A stretch of 47,661 nt of DNA from a virus (IMGVR_UViG_3300015603_000077:1-47661), one strand, 5' to 3'. Counted from the first letter of the stretch, positions 24,509-34,419 are shown. Made by a program: numbers and translations. The notes: generated by a model from the sequence alone, not told the origin.

Positions 24509-24856
24509 ATGGACTATTCACCATATTGCTGGCGTTGCGGAGGAGTCTTCGCAAAAGGAATGTTCACCTCTATGTTGAATGGTCGTGAATATCATCTCGT
24601 ATGTTTTGGGAGAGAACGGATGAAAATCGCTTCGCAAGAAGAGGCTCAACGCAATTTAACAAAGGAGAAAAGTATGTATTGTCATCGCTGTTCTGGTAAA
24701 CTACTTGTCGAGACCCCAACCGAAATGTTGGACGGTAAAGAATACCACAAGGCTTGTGCTGAAAAAGAAAAGATTCGACCTCTTTTCTCTGGTGTAGCGA
24801 AACCAGCACCAATGGTCGAGGTGCGTATGCCTTCAGGCTACAATAGGCCGTATTGA
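24509..24856 (+). CDS. protein with two LIM-like CxxC-x17-HxxC fingers
   Basis: CWRC...MLNGREYHLVC and CHRC...MLDGKEYHKAC. Confidence 0.6.
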   Translation: MDYSPYCWRCGGVFAKGMFTSMLNGREYHLVCFGRERMKIASQEEAQRNLTKEKSMYCHRCSGKLLVETPTEMLDGKEYHKACAEKEKIRPLFSGVAKPAPMVEVRMPSGYNRPY

Positions 24857-24862
24857 CTCATC

Positions 24863-24972
24863 AGGGATGCAACGTCATCTCTGGTGCATCTCTCACTACT
24901 ACCCAAGGAATCGAAAGGTGATTTGGATGTAGTGATAGGGGAAATGTATAAAGACCTTCCTACGCCGAAGGC
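24863..24972 (+). ncRNA. putative structured intergenic RNA
   Basis: AGGGATGCA/TGCATCTCT stem; TCACTAC/GTAGTGA stem with tandem GA pairs and a GAAA tetraloop; two more hairpins. Confidence 0.4.
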
Positions 24973-25001
24973 ACTAATTTTTTAATATAAGCGTATTAGA
25001 A

Positions 25002-25205
25002 ATGAAACTATCGTACAAAAACTCGTGGAGACTGGGGAAGATAATCCAGGCGTTCCAATATTTATCGTTAAGAAGTTGGTTGAAAAATTGGATAAAGAAA
25101 AGCGGTCCAGACAATTGGGGAAACGTTATGCTTTGGTTTTCCTTGCTTGGTGTATTCTTTTTGCTTGCATCTTTCTGGTATTCAAGCTATCAAGCTACGC
25201 AGTAA
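25002..25205 (+). CDS. small membrane protein (frame uncertain; alternative 25025-25258)
   Basis: ATG start and a TM segment; the overlapping frame also encodes a TM segment. Confidence 0.4.
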   Translation: MKLSYKNSWRLGKIIQAFQYLSLRSWLKNWIKKSGPDNWGNVMLWFSLLGVFFLLASFWYSSYQATQ

Positions 25206-25260
25206 ACTCTATCCAACTAAGAGAATGGCCATCTCAGAAAAGTCCATTTGATAAATAGTA

Positions 25261-25289
25261 TCGACATAAAATATATTTTATGTCATAGT
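25261..25289 (+). promoter_or_regulatory. weak sigma70-like promoter, near-leaderless
   Basis: TCGACA-17-CATAGT with TG extension; 7 nt between the -10 and the ATG. Confidence 0.35.
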
Positions 25290-25296
25290 AATAAAT

Positions 25297-27036
25297 ATGA
25301 AGTTACAATTTTCAGAAGAATTTGATTTTGTTAAACAGGACTTTCAAAGGTCTGGTGTTTGGGAACCGCGAACGACTGATTATATCAAAGCAAACCTTAA
25401 AAAAGGTCAATCATTTTTAGATGTTGGAGCGAATGTAGGATACTTTTCTATTCTTGCAGCAGAACTTGGAGCGAGAGTGACGGCGTTTGAACCTTCTTCA
25501 GAAAATAGAAAATATTTGACAACGAATCTTATTGAAAATAATTGTCTCGGTATTCCTGTCCATGCCTCAGCGCTTTCAAATTATCATGGTGAAACTACTC
25601 TTTTTACTGGAAAAACTCCAGGAGAACATAGTATTGCGAATAACTATCATAATGCAGAAGGTGGAGAAAAAGTAGAGGTAAGGCGTTATGATGAATTTAC
25701 AGATCAGGCACCAGACTGGATTAAAATTGATGTTGAAGGCGCTGAAAAGATGGTCCTGGAAGGTATGCCTAATGTTTTGAATACTGATAAGCCGATTACG
25801 CTCATACTCGAAGATTGGGATAATTCAGTAACAGATTGGCTTATCGACAATTATGGATGGAACCTTCGAACCACTGATCGCGCGTCCGGGAATAGAATTT
25901 TGACTCGAAACATGGACATAGACTATTCCGAGGAACCGATAACTTGCCATCTTTTGGGTACTTTCAATGCTCCGAATACTCTCAAAGACGAGGGTATTGG
26001 AAATGCTTTCGGTACAAAGGTCATCAATATGGCTAAAGTTCTGAAGAAACTTGGTCACAAAGTGATATTTTATGGTGTAGAAGGATCGGAAGTTGAATGT
26101 GATGAGTTTGTTCAGGTTTCTACAATGGAAGATTTGAAGAAAACATATGGAGAATGGGATAAGACTAAAATCTACAAAGAAAATTACGGAGATTATTGCC
26201 ACACTATTTTCAATAATAACTGCATCCGGGAAATAAATTCAAGAAAAAGAACTGGTGATTTCCTTCTACTTTGCCACGGAACATTCCATAAACAGATTGC
26301 TGATACGGTAAAAATTCCAGACACTATCGAGATCGGAATTGGGCATCGTAGTTCATTCGCGCGATTTCGAATATTTGAAAGTCAATTCCAGCTCAACTGG
26401 ACCGCGGGGCAAGAAGGTCAAGGGAACGGAAACTTTTATGATTGCGTAATCCCTGGGTTCTTTGATCCGGAAGATTTCGAATATAATGATAAAAAAGAAG
26501 ATTATTTTTTATATCTTGGCCGAGTAATAAGCCTCAAGGGTATATTCGTTGCACAAGAAGTTTGCCAGAAAATGGGGAAGAAATTAATTGTGGCTGGATT
26601 CGGATATGACAAAGATGCCAACGCCGTGGATGCAAAGGCTTTTGAGGACCTATTGAAAATGCCCAATGTCGAATATGTTGGTTTCGCCGGAAAAGAAAAG
26701 CGTAAGGAATTGATGAAAAATGCTAAAGCTCTTTTCTTGCCTACACTGTATATGGAACCATTTGGGTATGTCGTTTTAGAGGCGAATATGTGCGGTACTC
26801 CGGTGATCACAACGGATTTTGGCGCCTTCCCAGAAACAGTCAAAGATGGATACAGTGGTTTCCGTTGCCGGACATTCAAAGAGTTTTGTGATGCAGTAAA
26901 AAATATTGACTATATTAATCCTAATGATTGCAGGCGTTGGGCTATGAATTATACATTGGATACGGTCGCGCCAATGTATAAAAGGTATTTCACACAAATA
27001 TTAAAACTCATTGGAAAAGGTTGGTATGCTAATTAA
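25297..27036 (+). CDS. FkbM-family methyltransferase fused to a GT4-like glycosyltransferase
   Basis: FLDVGANVGYF, AFEP, KIDVEGAE; then YLGRV...KG, EPFGYVVLEANMCGTPVITTDFGAFPETV. Confidence 0.9.
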   Translation: MKLQFSEEFDFVKQDFQRSGVWEPRTTDYIKANLKKGQSFLDVGANVGYFSILAAELGARVTAFEPSSENRKYLTTNLIENNCLGIPVHASALSNYHGETTLFTGKTPGEHSIANNYHNAEGGEKVEVRRYDEFTDQAPDWIKIDVEGAEKMVLEGMPNVLNTDKPITLILEDWDNSVTDWLIDNYGWNLRTTDRASGNRILTRNMDIDYSEEPITCHLLGTFNAPNTLKDEGIGNAFGTKVINMAKVLKKLGHKVIFYGVEGSEVECDEFVQVSTMEDLKKTYGEWDKTKIYKENYGDYCHTIFNNNCIREINSRKRTGDFLLLCHGTFHKQIADTVKIPDTIEIGIGHRSSFARFRIFESQFQLNWTAGQEGQGNGNFYDCVIPGFFDPEDFEYNDKKEDYFLYLGRVISLKGIFVAQEVCQKMGKKLIVAGFGYDKDANAVDAKAFEDLLKMPNVEYVGFAGKEKRKELMKNAKALFLPTLYMEPFGYVVLEANMCGTPVITTDFGAFPETVKDGYSGFRCRTFKEFCDAVKNIDYINPNDCRRWAMNYTLDTVAPMYKRYFTQILKLIGKGWYAN

Positions 27037-27049
27037 TTATATTAACACT

Positions 27050-27226
27050 ATGAATATTCTAGAATCAGCAAGTAAAATTGTATTTATACTCATTGCTTTA
27101 GCTGTTATTGGGCTGACATTTCTCAAAATTATTGAAGCAAAAGATTTTATGACGCTGGCAGTGATGGTTTTCACGTTTTATTTTTCTGCGAAAGGAGATA
27201 ATTCAAAACCATACGCAGGAAAATAA
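27050..27226 (+). CDS. two-TM holin-like protein
   Basis: 58 aa, two hydrophobic helices, charged C-terminus. Confidence 0.55.
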   Translation: MNILESASKIVFILIALAVIGLTFLKIIEAKDFMTLAVMVFTFYFSAKGDNSKPYAGK

Positions 27227-27227
27227 T

Positions 27228-27256
27228 TTTACAGCGAGTCTTTTCTGTGATATAAT
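27228..27256 (+). promoter_or_regulatory. sigma70 promoter of the tail operon
   Basis: TTTACA-17-TATAAT with TG extension. Confidence 0.7.
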
Positions 27257-27279
27257 AACATTATATTAAATGAAAAATT

Positions 27280-28695
27280 ATGAGTTTACAGCCGTTAATG
27301 GTGTCGAACAAAGAGCTTGATCTGATTGCTATCTATCATTCAAGCCTTAAAAAAGATTATGCTTCTGGCGTCAGCGCGGTTGAGATTTATAATATCAATC
27401 AGTTCGCGATAAATCAGATCGTTTTGATTGGGGAATATGGAAATGAAGGTAGCGAAATTATAAAAACTCACGCAGCTACGGCTCCAACGGGAAACACCGT
27501 AACTTTTGCTTCAAATACTACAAAGCCACATCCAAAAGATACTCCAATTTATATTTATGCTTTTGATCAGGTAGAATTTTCTCACGCTGATACACTTGCT
27601 GGTTCAAAAACTGTTCTTGGTTCTATCCAGAATCTTGATCCTACACAGGATGAAATGGGTCTGAACGATACTGCAAATACTACTGGATACTACTTTACAC
27701 GCTATAAAAACTCTATTACTAGCGTTTTTTCAGATTACTCCGATGCTATTCCATACTCGGGGATGCCTATAAATACAGTTGGGTATGCTATTGATACGGC
27801 GATGAATGAGCTGGACGCAAAATTTTCTGATACCCTAACATTTACAAAGTTAATAGGAGCCGCCAGACAAATGCTAAGACTGGTCCGCGGAAAGATGAAA
27901 GCTTGGGCGAAATACCAGGAATACGATTATATTGCTGGTACGATTAGCCAGGGTGTTCGTAGAATCGCGGTTCCAACCACTCTTTATGATAAGAACTCAA
28001 ACCGATCGGTCTTAAATGTACGCATTGGCAATAATGATATTTCTCTGACACCTGTTGATCGCGATGAATATTTGAGGCGAGTAGGAGAAGCAAAATACAC
28101 TGAAGTAGCTACTCAGGCTGAAATAGCTGCAACTTCCTTGGTTTTGGATGATACAAGTGATCTAGACGATAGCGGATCAGTTGATGTCTATGTATCAGGA
28201 ACAAAATACACAATTACATATACGACCAATACACGGTCGACGAACACTCTTTCTGGGATAGCCACCGATCAAATTACAGTTGCGCTCGCGGTAGATTCTC
28301 CTACTTGGCAGGATGTCGAGGCCGGTATGCCAGAATCTTTTAATGTTTCTGATGGGTATATTTACTTCTGGCCGATGATTTCTGATGAATATGAAGGACG
28401 AAATGTCATAATGGATTTCTACACTGATATCGAAGATATTGATTCTCAGATGGATGTGATACTTGGAACAAAATTTGACATGTTGATTCCTTATCTTAAA
28501 TGGAAGATACGCGCTTTCACAGAGAACAACGGGAAAGAAGATATGAAAGACCCTTCGCTTGCTGAGTTCCGAGAACTTTTGAATGACGCTAAAGCAAATG
28601 ATGGAGGGGCTGAGGTTCAAGGATTTTACCCTCGTAGTCGTAATGTACGATCACAAAGAGATAGTGTTTCAAATCATTATTTGAATAGAGAATAA
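27280..28695 (+). CDS. head-to-tail adaptor (tail tubular A-like) with added domains
   Basis: G.P..F......IYFWP motif; position before the nozzle gene. Confidence 0.6.
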   Translation: MSLQPLMVSNKELDLIAIYHSSLKKDYASGVSAVEIYNINQFAINQIVLIGEYGNEGSEIIKTHAATAPTGNTVTFASNTTKPHPKDTPIYIYAFDQVEFSHADTLAGSKTVLGSIQNLDPTQDEMGLNDTANTTGYYFTRYKNSITSVFSDYSDAIPYSGMPINTVGYAIDTAMNELDAKFSDTLTFTKLIGAARQMLRLVRGKMKAWAKYQEYDYIAGTISQGVRRIAVPTTLYDKNSNRSVLNVRIGNNDISLTPVDRDEYLRRVGEAKYTEVATQAEIAATSLVLDDTSDLDDSGSVDVYVSGTKYTITYTTNTRSTNTLSGIATDQITVALAVDSPTWQDVEAGMPESFNVSDGYIYFWPMISDEYEGRNVIMDFYTDIEDIDSQMDVILGTKFDMLIPYLKWKIRAFTENNGKEDMKDPSLAEFRELLNDAKANDGGAEVQGFYPRSRNVRSQRDSVSNHYLNRE

Positions 28696-28700
28696 ATAAA

Positions 28701-30152
28701 ATGGCAGAGAAAATGCTTCGCGCAAAATCTTATGCAGACTTTTCTAAAGCATGTTGGCAATCTATAGGTGAAGCTCTCGCGCCAGAAAACTCTGTAAAAC
28801 AAAATCTCAACCTTAATTCGGATGAGATTTTAGGTTGGCTTATTTCTCGTCTAGGTACTACTTTGATAAACGCTCAGATCATAGATAATAAACCTGTCCT
28901 AGGGGTTCATAATTTTCGTGATTCTGTTGGTTCCGGAAGCAAACTATTCGCAGCATTATCAGATGGAACAAATAATGATATTTATGATGTTCTCACTGGT
29001 TCTAAAAGCCTCCAGGATGATACAAAAGACCTCAAGACACGGTTTCTTACATATTTGGACAGTTGTGTGCGTTTGAATGGCACAGACGCTGCTAAGGCGT
29101 GGAATGGCACCGCTTGGATCACTACAGGAGGAGCATTTGACCTTGCAAACTTTCCTTCTGGTGCCGGTGCTGCTATTGAATTTAAGGATCGTGTGTACGC
29201 ATATCTTTTCGTTTCAGACCCAGACAAGGTTCAAAAATCAGGAATCGCGAACGCTACTACTAGAGCGATCAGTTGGACGGTAGATAATGGGTTCATTGTT
29301 TTTGAACAAGAAGATGGCGGTGGTGGAATCACTGCTGCGGCGAAGGTGCCTGGATACCTTTTGTTCTGGAAAAAACGAACGATGAAACGGTTTGATGGGT
29401 CTTCTGCATATCCTGAAGACATGGTTAATCAAGGCTGTCCATCTCAGGAAGCTGTTGTTGTTGCTGCTCAAACTGCATGGTGGGTGAATGAGAACGGTGG
29501 TTGGGCATCTCAAGGTGGAGCGCCTAAAAAGATAAGCTCGTACACTGTTGATAATATTATAAAATCATGTTCGGCCGCAGATCTTTTAAAAATGGGTTCA
29601 GGGACAGACGAAGAACATGTTTGGTGGTCTTTCCCGTCCGTAACGATGCTCGGTGAAACATACTTGAATGTAGTTATAAAATACAATATTCTTCAAAATA
29701 CATGGGACATAAGGCAGTATCCTACTCAACATAGAACCTACACAAAATATGTAGATTCAACCGGAGAAGTTTTTACTGTAGCTGGAGACGATGATGGAAA
29801 TGTTCTGAAAATGGACACAGGAGAAACTGATAATGGATTGGCAATTAATTGGTCAATGGAAACTCAGGATTGGACTTTTGGGTATCGTCTATTCGAAAAA
29901 TCAATCACTTCCATTGGGTTTATTACTGAAGGTATATCAAAAGCTCAAGTTTTGTGGCGTAATATAAATAAACCAGATGCTTGGAAACCCGTTGGGACGA
30001 TTACCAAAGATGTCCAGTTATTTGATCGTAAAGACTTCAGGGGGACTTTCTATAATTTTAAAGTTTTTGATACGGCTGATAATGGTCGTTCAATTATTAA
30101 AGCTATAGAGATTCCTGAGGGAACAAAAGTATACGATTCAACAAAACCATAA
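28701..30152 (+). CDS. tail nozzle/stabilisation protein (P22 gp10-like)
   Basis: beta-propeller-like repeats, FKDRVY, GCPSQEAV; position. Confidence 0.65.
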   Translation: MAEKMLRAKSYADFSKACWQSIGEALAPENSVKQNLNLNSDEILGWLISRLGTTLINAQIIDNKPVLGVHNFRDSVGSGSKLFAALSDGTNNDIYDVLTGSKSLQDDTKDLKTRFLTYLDSCVRLNGTDAAKAWNGTAWITTGGAFDLANFPSGAGAAIEFKDRVYAYLFVSDPDKVQKSGIANATTRAISWTVDNGFIVFEQEDGGGGITAAAKVPGYLLFWKKRTMKRFDGSSAYPEDMVNQGCPSQEAVVVAAQTAWWVNENGGWASQGGAPKKISSYTVDNIIKSCSAADLLKMGSGTDEEHVWWSFPSVTMLGETYLNVVIKYNILQNTWDIRQYPTQHRTYTKYVDSTGEVFTVAGDDDGNVLKMDTGETDNGLAINWSMETQDWTFGYRLFEKSITSIGFITEGISKAQVLWRNINKPDAWKPVGTITKDVQLFDRKDFRGTFYNFKVFDTADNGRSIIKAIEIPEGTKVYDSTKP

Positions 30153-31627
30153 TGGAATACCTCGATTTCCCACAAAAAAGGACCTTAGCGGAACTGGGAC
30201 TGGATCAATTTTGCCAGTCCCCTTTGCGATTTTCTGGGAGTGAATTGAACTTGAAAGCACAGACGATGTTTGAAGCCGGTGTACCATCAAACTTTATTCA
30301 AGATGGAGATACTATTGTTCGATTGAATTTGGTTGATGGGTACCTGCAATCGCCGGACTTCGTTGCGGGCGCTTCTGGGTGGAGAATTTCTAAGGATGCA
30401 ATCGAAACCGGAACCGGTATTTTCCGTGGAGACATCTCGGCCGCTACTGGTACTTTCACAGGAAGTGTTACTATCGGGGCTGCAACTGATTTTGACGCTG
30501 GATATGACCCTATTTTGAAAATAAACACATTCGCTCAGGATGCTGTTCCAACCTCAATAGCCGCCGGTGATTTATGGATTGACACTAATGATTCCAATAA
30601 ACTTTATCGGGCAGTTATTGCCGGAGCTGATGCTGTCACCGCTGGAGAGTGGGTTTTGATGAGAGACTCAGATATTGCTACGGCCTTAAATAATGCCGCC
30701 ACTGCGATCGGGGATGCTGCTGGAGCGCAAGCTACCGCAGATGGAAAAGTTATTACTTTTTTGCAGGACGCAGCTCCAACAGCTGAAGCCACAGGAGACT
30801 TATGGATTGATACTAACGATGGGAATAAACTTTATAGGTGGTCCGGAGCAGCCTGGGTAGCCATACCTGATGCAGGAATTTCTCAGGCATTATCTGATGC
30901 AGCCGATGCTCAATCTACTGCTGACGGAAAGATAGTAACTTTTTATCAAACATCAATTCCGACATCGACATCTGCTGGCGATTTGTGGGTTGATACTGAT
31001 GATGGAAATAAACTTTATAGAGCTACTGCAATAGGTGATACCACTATAGCAGTTGGACATTGGGTTTCTGTCCGTGATACCGGAATCGCTGCGGCTATTT
31101 CTGCGGCTTCAGATGCTCAAGCCACGGCTGACGGAAAGGTTGTAACATTTGTTCAGGACGCCGTGCCTACTGCCGAAGGTGTTGGTGATCTTTGGATAGA
31201 TAGTAATGATGCAAACAAATTGTACCGATGGAGTGGCGCCGCATGGGTAGAAATAAGAGACACTGGGATCGCCGCCGCGCTAGGAGATGCCGCTACAGCT
31301 CAATCAACAGCTGACGGAAAAATAGTTACATTTTTTCAAACAACCGTACCAACTTCTGAGGGGGCCGGAGATATTTGGTTTGATACTGATGACAATAATA
31401 CTCCTTATCGTGCTACCTCTGCTGGGAATACAACCATAGCTGCTGGAGCCTGGATAAAAGCTGAAAATCCTGTAGCGGACTGGGCGAATGTTCGTGCTGG
31501 AACAAACGCCGCAGCACTTGCTGTCGGAGATGGAAAGGTTTTAATTGATGGCGCAAACAAACGAATTATTATTAATGACGGTACAAATAACCGAGTTGTC
31601 TTCGGTTATGTCGCAGGAAGATTTTAA
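30152..31627 (+). CDS. tail fibre/spike with five internal repeats
   Basis: five TF.Q..P....GD(L/I)W.D..D.N..YR units joined by Ala-rich helices. Confidence 0.75.
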   Translation: MEYLDFPQKRTLAELGLDQFCQSPLRFSGSELNLKAQTMFEAGVPSNFIQDGDTIVRLNLVDGYLQSPDFVAGASGWRISKDAIETGTGIFRGDISAATGTFTGSVTIGAATDFDAGYDPILKINTFAQDAVPTSIAAGDLWIDTNDSNKLYRAVIAGADAVTAGEWVLMRDSDIATALNNAATAIGDAAGAQATADGKVITFLQDAAPTAEATGDLWIDTNDGNKLYRWSGAAWVAIPDAGISQALSDAADAQSTADGKIVTFYQTSIPTSTSAGDLWVDTDDGNKLYRATAIGDTTIAVGHWVSVRDTGIAAAISAASDAQATADGKVVTFVQDAVPTAEGVGDLWIDSNDANKLYRWSGAAWVEIRDTGIAAALGDAATAQSTADGKIVTFFQTTVPTSEGAGDIWFDTDDNNTPYRATSAGNTTIAAGAWIKAENPVADWANVRAGTNAAALAVGDGKVLIDGANKRIIINDGTNNRVVFGYVAGRF

Positions 31628-31637
31628 CTGATTTACT

Positions 31638-32609
31638 ATGGGAGACTGGGGAGGAGCAGTATCATTAAAGGGGTACCCGGTTCTGGATTGTCCAGATAGA
31701 TTTTTAGCATGGTCAAGTTCTTTCCAAACATTAAAAATATTTAGCGCTCAAGCGGTACAGGGTACTATCCCAGTAGATCTATTTGGCGATATTACAGTTG
31801 ATCTTGGAACAGATACATTCACCTGCGCCGCTCACGGACTCATCAATGGAAACACTGTTACCATTGATGGATTTGAGTTTCCTCCTGGTGGTATCACATG
31901 GGGACTCATATATTATGTTATTAATAAAACAACAAATACATTCCAGGTGTCGAGAACTCCTGGTGGTTCTGCTGTAAATATTACGAGTGCGAGTAGTGAC
32001 TTCATGTATTTTTATACAAATAGAAATGTTATCACTATCACTCATAACCTTGGCAGACTCGTACCATATATTGTTATCTATAATTCTGGTAGTAATAACT
32101 ATTTTTTTTCTGACTCCGGAATCTCTCAACTAGAAACTCGTTGTTTCACTGACAGAATCGAGATCGGGATTGACGGATACTTCGATGGGGCTGACGGTAC
32201 CGGCGGAGGAACAGTGAACTTCACTGTGTATATCTTCTTGGATGGATTCGACACGATCGCTGGTTCAAGTATTGATACAGATACGCCTGGTGCCGGAGCA
32301 AGTTCTGCTGACTATGGAATAGCAGTGAGTAAAGATGGATATAATGTTCTTACCTGTACTAGCGAACAACTTGCCTTTTCAAGCTCGTTTTTCAATCAAA
32401 TTGTACATATGAAAGGAATAGCAACAACCTTGCCGGTAGCACATAGCCTCGGATACGCTCCACAACATCTCACTTATTTGAAACCAACCAGTGAAAGTTT
32501 TATAAAGATGGATCCATATTTTGGGACGACAACAACCAATCTTGACGTTGGATATACGCTTTCAGATTATGGCGTTGCATACTACGTTGTATTTAAGAAT
32601 AATACATAA
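31638..32609 (+). CDS. tail-associated protein
   Basis: AHGL..G..V...YYV.....NTFQVS.TPGG module plus ITHNLG/AHSLGY repeats. Confidence 0.65.
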   Translation: MGDWGGAVSLKGYPVLDCPDRFLAWSSSFQTLKIFSAQAVQGTIPVDLFGDITVDLGTDTFTCAAHGLINGNTVTIDGFEFPPGGITWGLIYYVINKTTNTFQVSRTPGGSAVNITSASSDFMYFYTNRNVITITHNLGRLVPYIVIYNSGSNNYFFSDSGISQLETRCFTDRIEIGIDGYFDGADGTGGGTVNFTVYIFLDGFDTIAGSSIDTDTPGAGASSADYGIAVSKDGYNVLTCTSEQLAFSSSFFNQIVHMKGIATTLPVAHSLGYAPQHLTYLKPTSESFIKMDPYFGTTTTNLDVGYTLSDYGVAYYVVFKNNT

Positions 32610-32614
32610 AAACT

Positions 32615-33016
32615 ATGGGTGATTTTGGATTTAGAATCAGCTATCAAGGAAAAGATGCTTTAACCTGTGAAGACACGGAGTGTATTATTACGAGTAAATA
32701 TGCTCTGCTCAAGGGGTCGCTTCCTGCGAGTGGAAGCCTTACTACTTCCGGAGGGACTGGAACCATTACAATTGCTCACGGACTAGGATATACCCCAACT
32801 GTTCAGGCATTTGGTTATGATAACACTGGATTCTTTTTCCAAATGTATTTCCAACTACCATTGTATTATTTTGATGGAGATTACGAAATTTCATGGGTAG
32901 CGAGAGCGGATGCGACTAATGTATACCTCGATTTCGTTTTTCAGGATTTCCTAGGAGGTACACAACAAACTATTTTATACAAAGTTTTTATTTATTTAGA
33001 TAAAGCTGACCTATGA
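32615..33016 (+). CDS. tail-associated protein
   Basis: MGDFGFRIS...IAHGLGYTP, paralogous to modules of the upstream gene. Confidence 0.6.
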   Translation: MGDFGFRISYQGKDALTCEDTECIITSKYALLKGSLPASGSLTTSGGTGTITIAHGLGYTPTVQAFGYDNTGFFFQMYFQLPLYYFDGDYEISWVARADATNVYLDFVFQDFLGGTQQTILYKVFIYLDKADL

Positions 33017-33522
33017 TATTATTTTACAGAAAATCTACAGGAGACGTTTTTGCTACAATCGCTGGGCGAGTTCACGATGCGAAACAAATTGGAATGACTA
33101 TCTCTGACTCGACTATACCAGCGGACGATATTGGTACGATGATTATTGGTTGGGAAGAAACAAACGAAACAGAAGAATACGATGTAAAAGTCGAAGAGCT
33201 ACAGGAACAAAAAAATGGTCTATTCAAAAAGGTAAAAAAGGTCGTTAAGGAAAAAAGAAGAAAACTCTTAGAGCATAATACAGATAAATTTTCTATTCTT
33301 CAAGAAATTGAATCAATCTCTCCAACGAAAGGTTTAGATTATCGTGTCGATAAGAATGGTCAGCTTACAAAGAAACCTGTTGAAAAAACGAAACCAAAAC
33401 GAACACGAGTAGCTACTGACGTTGGTATGACAGGAGAAATAAACCTACGGAGAGATGCAATACGTTTGCAAATGAAAGATTTGCGAAAAAACAAACCAAT
33501 AAAGTTAGACAAGAACATATAA
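33013..33522 (+). CDS. tail fibre assembly-like or hypothetical protein
   Basis: MILFYRKSTG.V N-terminus; ATGA overlap. Confidence 0.45.
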   Translation: MILFYRKSTGDVFATIAGRVHDAKQIGMTISDSTIPADDIGTMIIGWEETNETEEYDVKVEELQEQKNGLFKKVKKVVKEKRRKLLEHNTDKFSILQEIESISPTKGLDYRVDKNGQLTKKPVEKTKPKRTRVATDVGMTGEINLRRDAIRLQMKDLRKNKPIKLDKNI

Positions 33523-33534
33523 ATATGTTAAAAT
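33506..33534 (+). promoter_or_regulatory. sigma70 promoter, leaderless, for the ejection-protein operon
   Basis: TAGACA-17-TAAAAT with TG extension; 6 nt between the -10 and the ATG. Confidence 0.6.
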
Positions 33535-33540
33535 AACAAT

Positions 33541-34419
33541 ATGGCACTAGATTTCAACAAAAGAAATAAGGGAGAAAGTAAGCGCGAGTATGCTGCCAGA
33601 AAATTAGGTGGTAAACCTAGCGATTACGATGATAGTGGAAAAAAGAAATCCACGTCTTCTTCATCGTCCTCTAGTAAATCTTCATCTTCTCAAAAAAACG
33701 AAGAGAAGACAATTAAAAAATACTACGGTCAAAAAGAGTCAGACATTAAAGAGACTGCAGCCACCAAATCTACTCGATTAGTAGAGGATTTGGCGAATGT
33801 TATGCGTGATGCTGGCATACAACAGACCCGAGCGACTGAGGATTATATTAGAAATATTCAGAATATTACCGATAATAAGGCCGCTGATATTGCCGATGTA
33901 AACGATTATGTCGCTACAAATAAAGGGAGAACTCAAGAAGACCTAGATACGTCTTTAGCAAAAGAAGCTCGTAGATACTCTATAGAATACGATAAAACTA
34001 ACCAGTCACTCGCGGATGCCGGGATGACTTTTTCTGATAGGAAGCAAGAAAAGGTAGACGCTGCCGGAAATGTTCAGGCTGTCGCTGATGTAAACACGGT
34101 TGCAACTCGATCATTCCAGGATATCGCTCGATATGAGGCAGTAAAAAATCGAGATATCGAACTGAATTATGGACAAAAAACAGCAACGGCTGAAACAACA
34201 AAGACAAGAACACTTGAAGATATTTTAAATGAGCAGGCCGATGCTAAATTGAAAGAACAGCGTGGACAATCTGATATTTCTACCGGAAAGGCCATTGATA
34301 TTCGCGCGAATGATTATGCTGAAACCGGTTCGCTTACTGATACTGGAAACTTTTATGATAAAGTCGCAAATGACAAACAAAATCAACTTGATATGCTAAC
34401 TTTTAAAGGCAACGCATAA
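33541..34419 (+). CDS. internal virion/ejection protein
   Basis: helical with a poly-Ser tract; position after tail genes. Confidence 0.55.
   Translation: MALDFNKRNKGESKREYAARKLGGKPSDYDDSGKKKSTSSSSSSSKSSSSQKNEEKTIKKYYGQKESDIKETAATKSTRLVEDLANVMRDAGIQQTRATEDYIRNIQNITDNKAADIADVNDYVATNKGRTQEDLDTSLAKEARRYSIEYDKTNQSLADAGMTFSDRKQEKVDAAGNVQAVADVNTVATRSFQDIARYEAVKNRDIELNYGQKTATAETTKTRTLEDILNEQADAKLKEQRGQSDISTGKAIDIRANDYAETGSLTDTGNFYDKVANDKQNQLDMLTFKGNA

Noticed and set aside
24820-24865. CTGATGAG on the minus strand suggesting a hammerhead ribozyme
   Set aside because: no matching CGAAA after a stem II
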